Positions 17,650 to 25,931 of a stretch of 41,935 nucleotides of DNA are shown one piece after another (within the stretch, counting starts at the first letter, position 1; the number at the start of each line of letters is the position of its first letter). The notes beneath the pieces are model-generated. The model made no database searches. It saw only the letters and a program-made list of their open reading frames with translations, and was not told the DNA's origin. The position numbers and the translations under genes are program-made. Origin of the DNA: Patescibacteria group bacterium (lineage in GTDB: Bacteria; Patescibacteriota; Minisyncoccia; Phycocordibacterales; Phycocordibacteraceae); the NCBI GenBank assembly GCA_040388985.1, contig JAZKAU010000002.1, forward strand, positions 8,635-50,569. Direction: 5' to 3'.

Positions 17650-18705
17650 TTAGGAAACTATCTGCTGCGCGGCTCGCTTGCCTTTATCGTAGTCGCTGAG
17701 GAACTCGCGGAGCGCTGCTGCAAGCGGGATGGCGAGCAGGACGCCGAGGAAGCCGGCGAGCTCGCCGCCCACGATAAGCGCCAGAATGACCAGCAGCGGC
17801 GGAATTCCCACGACCTTATTCACGACCAGCGGGTGGATGATGTGCGACTCGAACTGATTGATGATGACGTAGAGTCCCGCCGTAATAAGCGCTAAAGACA
17901 CTCCCCCTACCGAGAACGCAAGAATGATAGGCGCAAAGGCTGAGATGAAGGAGCCGAATATCGGGATGAGCATCATCGCCGCCGTGAATATGGCGAGGAT
18001 GAAGGCGTACGGAATGCCGAGCAGCAGGAGTCCTAGATAGGCGAGCACGCCGCCGATAACCGATGAGAGCACCTGCCCCTGCATCCAGAGGCCGATCTTC
18101 GTCTTCGCGCGCAGCCACAAGTCGACGACGTACTCCTCCTGATTAGCGGGCGTTATGAGGCGCAGGAAATCGTCGACGCCTGTCTCCTGCATGGCGAAGT
18201 AGAATGAGAGCACGACGATGAGGCCGAAGGCGAAGATGCCGCCGAAGAAGGTCGCGACCAGACGGAAGGCTCCCTGGCTTGAACCCGTGAATAGCTCACG
18301 GAACGCGAGCAAGGTATGGAGCGCGGACTGCGCTTCGCCTGCGAGAGCGCCTCCCGAAGATATATCGGGCAGCGTTACGATCGAAAGATTCAGCTGATCA
18401 AGGTACTGCGGGATGAGCGAGAAGATTCCTTGCGCGTCGCTCAGTATCGGCGGCAGGAAGAAGTAGATGATGCCGAAGAAGGAACCGAAGACGACCACGT
18501 ACATGAAGAGCACAGCAAGCACGCGCGGGAATTTGTGACGCACCAAATACGCAACGCCCGGCTCTATCGCCGAGGCGATGACCACCGCAGTAAGCACGAG
18601 GAGCGCGAGGCTCCGGAGCGTCCATATCGCGTAGGCAGCCGCAGCTATGATGATGGCGCGGATAAAGGTTCCCGAAGTAATGGAGATCGAGGAATCAGGC
18701 TTCAT
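17650..18705 (-). CDS. AI-2E family transporter
   Basis: Multi-TM; WMQGQ, QFESHIIHP, G.LAGFLGVLLAIP. Confidence 0.9.
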   Translation of the reverse strand: MKPDSSISITSGTFIRAIIIAAAAYAIWTLRSLALLVLTAVVIASAIEPGVAYLVRHKFPRVLAVLFMYVVVFGSFFGIIYFFLPPILSDAQGIFSLIPQYLDQLNLSIVTLPDISSGGALAGEAQSALHTLLAFRELFTGSSQGAFRLVATFFGGIFAFGLIVVLSFYFAMQETGVDDFLRLITPANQEEYVVDLWLRAKTKIGLWMQGQVLSSVIGGVLAYLGLLLLGIPYAFILAIFTAAMMLIPIFGSFISAFAPIILAFSVGGVSLALITAGLYVIINQFESHIIHPLVVNKVVGIPPLLVILALIVGGELAGFLGVLLAIPLAAALREFLSDYDKGKRAAQQIVS

Positions 18706-18918
18706 TGAGGGAATTTTAGCATATCGCTATAGTTCTCGTCTTAAAAGCTAAAACTGCCTTTAAGGTTCAGGCTTTCTACAGAGGGCAGTATTTAACTTGC
18801 TTGCAAGCCTGCGTTGTATTTGAAATGCAATGGTGTTAGTAGGTTGTTAATGCTAGATTCTAGCGAGCCGGGGTAAAAATTCCGGTCTGCACCTTCAACC
18901 CGAAGCGGAGACGCTGCC

Positions 18919-19242
18919 ATGCTTAAGAAACGATGGCTGTATCTCGGCATCACGATCGAGATATTTCACCTGACCTTCCTTATCGCGGTTCTTATCTGTG
19001 GAAGGATATGGCTGCCAAACGATATTGTCACGTTAATCATTATCGTGACGGTCACAAGCCAAGTAATCCTTTTGGACTGCCTCATATCGATACTGAGCGA
19101 CTACTGCTTTCATCGATATAACCCTGATTGGATCATTCCATCCGTTGCTCGTTGGCTCTATCGTAAATATGGAAGAGTAACGGGTATTCTGGTCTTTCCT
19201 GTTCTGATGATAACTTCAAGAATTGGCCCCGCCCTCTTCTAG
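18919..19242 (+). CDS. Orphan small membrane protein
   Basis: GGAG SD, three hydrophobic segments, low GC, downstream hairpins at 19244-19295. Confidence 0.6.
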   Translation: MLKKRWLYLGITIEIFHLTFLIAVLICGRIWLPNDIVTLIIIVTVTSQVILLDCLISILSDYCFHRYNPDWIIPSVARWLYRKYGRVTGILVFPVLMITSRIGPALF

Positions 19243-19331
19243 GCTCACCCGGAACGCCTTGACCGGGAGCCCCAGGCATTTGGTCTGGGGCTTTGTCATA
19301 CTCCCAGACAATTCCATTGTTTAGGTGAGAC

Positions 19332-19889
19332 TTAGGAAGCTTGGGTAATATGGTATTCCCATCCCGGCTTCCACGCCTTGGTGTTACGCCAGTTCTCCGC
19401 GATAGCTTGCGGCCAATCTTTCCCTCCTAGCAAAACGTCGAGCGCCAGCTGCGGTCCTTCATGCGCGATGATGGCGATGTGCTTTCCGTCATAGTGCTGC
19501 TTAAGGAACGAAAGAAAGTCTGCCATACGCGCCTGAACATCTTTGTAACTTTCTCCATTCGGGAAAGAGGTATCGACATATTCCTGCATTCTTCCGTCCT
19601 TAAAACTATCTGCTGGAGCGCCGTTCAAGTCTCCATAGTTGCATTCACGGAGCCGTGCGTCAGGAATAACGGCATAGGTCTCACCGAACCCAAGCTCGGC
19701 CGAGTCGACGGCTCGCTTCAGATCAGAACAGAAGAGCGCATCGAACTTCTTATCCTCCACTTGGCCGCCAAGGTTCTTCGCCTGCTGTATGCCGAGCGCG
19801 GAAAGCTCTCCGGGCAGCCACCCGGTCGAGAGCTCTGACTCGTTATCAGTAGTCGTGCCGTGAACGAAATAGGTGATTTGTACCGCCAT
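19332..19889 (-). CDS. Histidine phosphatase family protein (VHG variant)
   Basis: FVHGTTTDN, SDLKRA, DARLRECNYG, GESY, IIAH. Confidence 0.85.
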   Translation of the reverse strand: MAVQITYFVHGTTTDNESELSTGWLPGELSALGIQQAKNLGGQVEDKKFDALFCSDLKRAVDSAELGFGETYAVIPDARLRECNYGDLNGAPADSFKDGRMQEYVDTSFPNGESYKDVQARMADFLSFLKQHYDGKHIAIIAHEGPQLALDVLLGGKDWPQAIAENWRNTKAWKPGWEYHITQAS

Positions 19890-20015
19890 AATTTAAAAGT
19901 AGCATAGAAGTTCAAGCTCAACATGGGCAAAAGGATGAGTTCCCCGGCCTCTATTTCCCATTTGACAGTTATTAATTTTCGTACAATACTGCGTTGCACC
20001 AACACGGAGGAGCAT

Positions 20016-20171
20016 ATGGCTGGTGGAACCATGATGGGATTGATGACCGCGGAACGCCTCGGTCCGAGTCCCCCGCTTGTGGCGCAGATCATTATCGGTG
20101 TCGCGGGAGTCGCGATGGCGTTCTTCTACGGGATTGCCATCTGGGAGAACTGGCTCAAGAAAAGAGCCTGA
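20016..20171 (+). CDS. Orphan 51-aa single-TM protein
   Basis: TTGACA at 19962, GGAGG SD, one TM helix, U-tailed terminator at ~20192-20226. Confidence 0.5.
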   Translation: MAGGTMMGLMTAERLGPSPPLVAQIIIGVAGVAMAFFYGIAIWENWLKKRA

Positions 20172-20238
20172 CTCCCCCGGAGCATTTGTCTGGCCTGGCT
20201 GCGCGTTGCGGCCGGGTCTTTTTTTAATTAACCAGAAC

Positions 20239-21639
20239 TTATGCGATCGCGTCCTGTATGCGCTTCGCGACTTCCTCGATGGTAAGCCGTTCCTGCTCGC
20301 CTGTGTCGCGGTGGCGCAGCGTGACGGTGTCTTTCAGCTCTGGCGTCTCGCCGAGAGTGTCGAAGTCGATGGTGATGCAGAACGGCGTGCCGATCTCGTC
20401 CTGGCGGCGATAGCGCTTACCGATATTGCCGTTGTCGTCCCAGGCGATGGCCGGGTGTACCTTCTGAAGCTGCGCACGAACATCCCTAGCCTTCTCTACG
20501 AGTTCCGGCTTGTTCTTGAGGAGCGGCGAGACCATAGCTTTGACGGGTGCGAGCTGCGGCGCAAGCGCAAGATATGCACGCATTTCGCCGCCTAGTTCGT
20601 CCTCACGATACGCGTCGCAAAGGAAAGCGAGGAACATGCGGCCCATCCCTACCGACGTCTCAAGAATCCACGGAATGTATTTCTCGCCGGTCTCGGGATC
20701 CGTATAACGCAGGTCGACGCTCGAGAACTGCATGTGCTGCGTGAGGTCGTAGTCCGAACGATCGTGGATGCCTTCGACTTCGTCGAAGCCCCACGGGAAC
20801 TTGTACTCGATGTCCCACGCATCTTTTGCGTAGAAGACGAGGTTCTCATGCTGCTTGAAACGGAGATTCTCAGCACGTATGCCAAGCGAGAGATACCAGT
20901 CCATGCGCTCATTTTTGAGGGTCTCAAAGGCCTCCTTGTTCTCGTTCGGACGGATGAAGAACTGCGTATCGGCCTGCTCGAGCTCGCGCGTACGGAAAAG
21001 GAAGTTACGAGGCGAGATCTCGTTCCGAAATGCCTTGCCGATCTGGGCGATGCCGAACGGGATCTTCGGACTCATAGAGTCGACGACATTCTTATAGTCG
21101 AGATAGATGCCCTGGCATGCTTCGCCCGGAAGGTAGACCGGGTCATTCCCTTCTGACGTAAAATCGCCGAGATTCGATTTGACCAAAAGATTGAAGGCGC
21201 GGACGCGCGAGAATTCCTTATGGCCGCATTTGGGGCACGCGATCTCTTCGCGGTGTGCGTCAAAGAGCTCGTTCAACGCTTCTTCTGACATCTTTTCATC
21301 GGCAGCGACGCCGATATTCTCGAGCTCCTTATCGACACGGATACGGGTATTGCAGTTCTTGCACTCAGCCAGCGGGTCCGAGAAGCCTTTGGTGTGTCCG
21401 CTCGCCTCCCATACGCGCGGATTCTTGAACATGCCGGAGTCTATCGGATACCAGTTATCGCGTGCGTATACGGCAGCATTCCACCACGCCTTCTTTAGAT
21501 TATTCAAAAGCTCGAAACCGCGCGGACCGAAGTCGTATATACCTGCGAGGCCGCCGTATATTTCCGAGCCCGGGAACACGAAGCCCCGACGCTTACAGAG
21601 CGAAACGATGGTATCGAGAGTGACGGGTGATTGTTCCAT
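20239..21639 (-). CDS. glyQS: Glycine--tRNA ligase, alpha2 type
   Basis: KRRGFVFPGSEIYGG, VWEASGH, QIGKAFRNEISP, IGKRYRRQDEIGTP. Confidence 0.97.
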   Translation of the reverse strand: MEQSPVTLDTIVSLCKRRGFVFPGSEIYGGLAGIYDFGPRGFELLNNLKKAWWNAAVYARDNWYPIDSGMFKNPRVWEASGHTKGFSDPLAECKNCNTRIRVDKELENIGVAADEKMSEEALNELFDAHREEIACPKCGHKEFSRVRAFNLLVKSNLGDFTSEGNDPVYLPGEACQGIYLDYKNVVDSMSPKIPFGIAQIGKAFRNEISPRNFLFRTRELEQADTQFFIRPNENKEAFETLKNERMDWYLSLGIRAENLRFKQHENLVFYAKDAWDIEYKFPWGFDEVEGIHDRSDYDLTQHMQFSSVDLRYTDPETGEKYIPWILETSVGMGRMFLAFLCDAYREDELGGEMRAYLALAPQLAPVKAMVSPLLKNKPELVEKARDVRAQLQKVHPAIAWDDNGNIGKRYRRQDEIGTPFCITIDFDTLGETPELKDTVTLRHRDTGEQERLTIEEVAKRIQDAIA

Positions 21640-21647
21640 AGAAAGTA

Positions 21648-23492
21648 TTAGTGGACGACGCCGGAGCCCGAGATGCCGGGAAGCTCCGAAGTGAGTGCAG
21701 GCGCGGTCGCGCTCACCGTCCCTTGCGTAAAGCGGTCTACGCCGCTGAAGGATTGGATGCCGATCACTATAGGACTTGTACCGCTCTGCGAGGCGCTTGG
21801 CAAGAGCGCTACCTGGAACATTGAGGCGCTCGCAGCTCCTGGCGCCAGGTCCCCCACGTTCCAGGTCACCGTGCGGCTCGTTTCGTCATACGTGACGCTG
21901 CTTCCGCCGCTTCCCGTTACGAAACGCACGTATGCAGGAAGCGCTACGCTCACGCGCGCTCCACCCACTGAATTGAGCGTATTATGCGCGGTCCAGTTCA
22001 CGCCATAGATGGTCTCCGTTCCCGCCGTAGGCGGAACAGGTCCGCTTACCTTCGCGAGCTTCGCTGCGAGATCCACCGTCGTACTCACCTTTATCGTGCG
22101 GGTGAGCGTAGAGGTGAGAGTCTGCGGTACGTTCCCTTCCTGCGCCCGAGCGCCTGTCGCGGACACCGTGAGCGTGATGTTCGGATTCTTCACGCCCGCG
22201 AGCTGGCTGACGGACTTCGCATGAAGCGTGAAGGATCCAGCGCCCGTGTCTCCTCCTTGGAGCATAGCGAGACCGCTATTGGTATCCTTACTGAATATGA
22301 TGCTCGAATCGCTCGAACGATAGAAGCCGGTGCCGCCTGAGATGCCGGAAGGATCGATGGCGTTTCCGGAGAGACCTATCTGGATGGCAGCATTCGTAAT
22401 AGGCACGGTGAGGCTGTTCTGCCAGGTAAGCATGGCATTTATAGGGTCGCCGGGCGAAACGATGACGGTGTCGGCTGCTTCGCGATTAAGCGAGAGCGAG
22501 GTGGCGAGGAACGGACGCGTGAGTGTCACCGACGCGCTGCCCTGCGCATAGGTCAGTCCGAGTGTACTCGTGCCGTCCGGATTTTTGCTGCCGGAGGTAA
22601 AATGGAAGACCTTCTCGTCGTTCTGGGTTCCGGTGAGCGTGCCGGTCACCTTGATGACCTTCTCTTCGCCGGGAGCCAGATCGCCGAGCACGAAGAAGCC
22701 GTTTGAAAGAGGTGTCGGGGTCGCGGAAGTGACCAGGAAGCCCGGCGGGTAATCGGCAAGTACGGCAACGCCCGAGAGAGGTGCGCTCGCGCTCGATCGC
22801 ACCGATACGCTAAGCGTGAGCGGCTGCCCTGACGCACTCTGTGAAAGCGTGCTGACCTGGACCTGCAGCGGCGAGGTCGAGATGGTGAGTTCATAGTCGT
22901 CGCGTGCGACCGAGACCGCGTTCGAGCCGTTCGTATGATATTCCACGCGGATAGGAACGCTGAAGGCCTGCCCTTCTGTGCCGAAGAACTTCGCCTGAAT
23001 GGTGCGCGTCACGTCGGTGCCCGGCGCTATAGTGCCGAGCGAGTCGCTGTACTGCTCGAACGGCGCGTCGCTGCCGTCGCCTGCCCGGGTTCCGGACGGG
23101 AGCATGGCGTAGATGATTGCATCATTAATACTCGTCGGGTTGCCATTATGGATCGTGATGACGAGCGGTACCGTGTCGCCGCTGGCGATGGCCGGATGCT
23201 CCAATACCGTTATCTGGACATGATCTGCTGAGACCGTACGCGCGCCATAGAGGACGAGAAAGGCCGCTACCCCTCCGGCAAGTACGAAGAATATGCCCGT
23301 ACCGATGAGGAATTTGGTAGTCCAGGGCATGCGGGGCTTCGGTGGGGGCGGGGGGGGCGGAGGCGTCCACCCATAGGCTTGCTGCACGGCCCTATCCGAA
23401 TACGCCGGCACCTGCGCCGTCTCCGTTTCTTTGGGCTGGTATATGCGCTCCTCTAATCTCTCGAGCGGCGTCTTCTCGTCTTCCGGGGGCAT
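21648..23492 (-). CDS. Membrane-anchored protein with multiple Ig-like (DUF11-like) domains
   Basis: Poly-Pro linker, single TM, repeated W.(L/V)GDLAPG beta modules; start set at MPPEDE after TATACT. Confidence 0.75.
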   Translation of the reverse strand: MPPEDEKTPLERLEERIYQPKETETAQVPAYSDRAVQQAYGWTPPPPPPPPKPRMPWTTKFLIGTGIFFVLAGGVAAFLVLYGARTVSADHVQITVLEHPAIASGDTVPLVITIHNGNPTSINDAIIYAMLPSGTRAGDGSDAPFEQYSDSLGTIAPGTDVTRTIQAKFFGTEGQAFSVPIRVEYHTNGSNAVSVARDDYELTISTSPLQVQVSTLSQSASGQPLTLSVSVRSSASAPLSGVAVLADYPPGFLVTSATPTPLSNGFFVLGDLAPGEEKVIKVTGTLTGTQNDEKVFHFTSGSKNPDGTSTLGLTYAQGSASVTLTRPFLATSLSLNREAADTVIVSPGDPINAMLTWQNSLTVPITNAAIQIGLSGNAIDPSGISGGTGFYRSSDSSIIFSKDTNSGLAMLQGGDTGAGSFTLHAKSVSQLAGVKNPNITLTVSATGARAQEGNVPQTLTSTLTRTIKVSTTVDLAAKLAKVSGPVPPTAGTETIYGVNWTAHNTLNSVGGARVSVALPAYVRFVTGSGGSSVTYDETSRTVTWNVGDLAPGAASASMFQVALLPSASQSGTSPIVIGIQSFSGVDRFTQGTVSATAPALTSELPGISGSGVVH

Positions 23493-23675
23493 GATGCTCC
23501 TAGTATAACGCGCGTGCTGCAAACAGTATCCATAAATGGATACAAGAGCGCGTTGAAAATTCATCTTGAGCGTGAACTGCGCTCACTTCGTCCAAGCTCA
23601 TAAATTATAAAAAGAAACGGGAGGTCCGAAGACCCCCCGCTTTTCAGGTTCGCCGTCCAACGTGGTCGGCGAAGA

Positions 23676-25226
23676 TCAGTTGGCGCCCGGCCGATTGTGG
23701 CCGCTGGCGTCGTCGAGATAGTCGACCGTGATCGTCACCTCGTCGCCGTTGACCGAGAGAACGTTCATGTCGGCCGGGATGCCGATCGGCAACAAGCGTA
23801 CGGTGCCGTGAGCCGGCACGACGTTGTTGTTGCTGAGGAGCGATTCCCGTCCGTTCACCGGGTCGTTGTCGACGACAAACCACTTCCCGTCGGTCTCGAA
23901 GGCCTCAGGCACGGTCGAGAAGACCGGCTTGATATCCCTCCCGTTGCTGCGCGACCCCATATAGTAGAGCGTCGCGCCGTTCGACAGCTGGACGTGGTGG
24001 TTCACCGGGATCGTGAAGATCTGGTGGCCACGTGTGTGATGCTGGTACCAGGCCCGATAGTCGGCGCGGGTCGCTTCGTTGGCAGTGTGCACCATCGAAT
24101 CAATCCACGCCACCAGCGCCCAAAGGGCGCCGGCGATCACAACGGCGGCGATCAGCCGCAAGCGATTGCGGTGCCAGAACCCGGGCGTACGAACCACCCC
24201 CGGAACGACATGCTTGTTCCAGAAGGCGGTCGCCTCCTGGAGCAGATCGTCGCCGCTCCAGCCGAGCAGAGCGTAATTGCCGAACGCGATCGCCGGGGAA
24301 CCTTTCCAGACGCTGATGACCGTCTCGGTCGCGAGATCGTCGCGCGCGACACGGCTCTGGATATGCTCCTGGACGATCTCGCCCGACACAACGCGCAGAT
24401 GCGGACGCAGCCACGCCGGCATCCGATTGAGCAATTGCTCGATCGCTCGACGCGGCATTTCCTGCTGGAAGCTCTCGAGCGTGTTGACCTCGGCGCGGAC
24501 GATGTGGTGATCGTGCCGCTCCAGGGTCTCGACGGTACGTACCGTCACCTTGGCCTTCGTGGTATAGGTAACCCGGCTGCCGTAGGGCTGAGTGGGATCT
24601 TCGGTGATTGTCTCCGCACTTTTGCGGCCGACCTCATCCGAAGTGACTTGCGGACGGAAGTAGTAGTAATGGCCTGTCGTCGGCGCCGTGAAGCGTACCA
24701 GACCGACATACTCCTGCTCGACGAGCGTATCGAGCCAGAGGCAGACATGCCGCAACAACCGGTCGATGCCGGTCTCGACCTCCGCCTTGAGCTCGCGCAG
24801 GAGCTGTTCGGCTGGAAGTGCGGCGCGATCGGCGTTGAGGTTGATCAGCAGGACGCTATCCATCAACGGGATACCGTCCTTGATCGTATCCCACGCCTTG
24901 GCGTCGTCGCCGTCGCCGGCCTTCATCGAAGCCTTGACGGACCACTTGACCATATCCTTGAAACCATCGCACCGTTCCTGCAGGAACTGCACGTCGAGGC
25001 GATAGGCATCGAAGATCTGGTCATGATCGAGTTCAGCGCCGAGCTCGAGCTTGAGCAGCTCGGATTGCGCTTTGAACTCGGCCACGATGGGCTCGAGGAA
25101 CGTCGGAAGCGGCTGCTCCATTCGTTCCTCGACGCCAATGAAGGCGCCATAGCCGCGGCCGTCGAACATGATCATCAGGTCGTCTGTGGTGCGGACACCA
25201 CGGTTCAAGATGCGAGAACTGGACAT
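23676..25226 (-). CDS. Hypothetical protein with one TM segment, probably acquired
   Basis: Long ORF with GC3-rich codons, AGGAG SD before MSSSR, terminator-like hairpin at ~23615-23644. Confidence 0.65.
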   Translation of the reverse strand: MSSSRILNRGVRTTDDLMIMFDGRGYGAFIGVEERMEQPLPTFLEPIVAEFKAQSELLKLELGAELDHDQIFDAYRLDVQFLQERCDGFKDMVKWSVKASMKAGDGDDAKAWDTIKDGIPLMDSVLLINLNADRAALPAEQLLRELKAEVETGIDRLLRHVCLWLDTLVEQEYVGLVRFTAPTTGHYYYFRPQVTSDEVGRKSAETITEDPTQPYGSRVTYTTKAKVTVRTVETLERHDHHIVRAEVNTLESFQQEMPRRAIEQLLNRMPAWLRPHLRVVSGEIVQEHIQSRVARDDLATETVISVWKGSPAIAFGNYALLGWSGDDLLQEATAFWNKHVVPGVVRTPGFWHRNRLRLIAAVVIAGALWALVAWIDSMVHTANEATRADYRAWYQHHTRGHQIFTIPVNHHVQLSNGATLYYMGSRSNGRDIKPVFSTVPEAFETDGKWFVVDNDPVNGRESLLSNNNVVPAHGTVRLLPIGIPADMNVLSVNGDEVTITVDYLDDASGHNRPGAN

Positions 25227-25364
25227 CGAAGTCTCCTTGTCGGGTTGGAACCAGCATTTTGGAACTCGTTCAACTTCCAATTCATTGGTATGAACGCAGT
25301 ATTTCTATACCATGTATAATATGGATTGTAAATAAGGCTGGAAGCTCGTCAGTTGCTCCAATGC

Positions 25365-25931
25365 CTACAGCCCCGAATTACTGATGCCGTGATTAATGCG
25401 GGTGATGAGGTGGGCCCGGACATCGTTCGCTTCTTGTAGGCGCGTGGGGGAATAGTCATCGAGAGCGCCGTAGGTATCGCCCGCGTCGAGACCCAGCACG
25501 TGGAGCAGCCGGAGCGCGGCGAGGAGTTCGGCTGCATCTGCCTCCTCTTCCGAGAGCGCAGGCAGCGACGTGACGAAGCTGGTGAGTATGGTGAAAAGGT
25601 CTGCGTCCCGGTGCTCGCCGCGCACCAACTGCTGGGCGAGTTCCATAACGCGGGTCGCGCGGCGTCGCGCATCAGGCGGGAGCGCTCGCGCCCAGTTGGC
25701 TTCGAGTATCGCACCAGCCGTGCGCCAGCCGTCCTTCCCGCGCAGCAAGGTGACATCGCAGAACGAGAGAGTCTGAAGGCCGGGCGCCATCTTGGCGCCC
25801 GGTTTGCGCGCGCCCTGTGAGCGCGCGCGAATGATGCCGAAGTCCTCGGTGAGTAGCGAGACAGAGACGCTCGCCTCCCCCAGCGGATACCTACCGAGCA
25901 CGAGCGCGCGAGCCGAGTATTTATGCCGCAT
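25365..25931 (-). CDS. recO: DNA repair protein RecO (short)
   Basis: VLGRYPLGEASVSVSLLTEDFGIIRARSQGARK N-terminal OB motif. Confidence 0.85.
   Translation of the reverse strand: MRHKYSARALVLGRYPLGEASVSVSLLTEDFGIIRARSQGARKPGAKMAPGLQTLSFCDVTLLRGKDGWRTAGAILEANWARALPPDARRRATRVMELAQQLVRGEHRDADLFTILTSFVTSLPALSEEEADAAELLAALRLLHVLGLDAGDTYGALDDYSPTRLQEANDVRAHLITRINHGISNSGL

Noticed and set aside
23697-25319. 540-aa plus-strand ORF overlapping the orphan gene
   Set aside because: In-register antisense frame expected from high GC3; SD and terminator favour the minus strand
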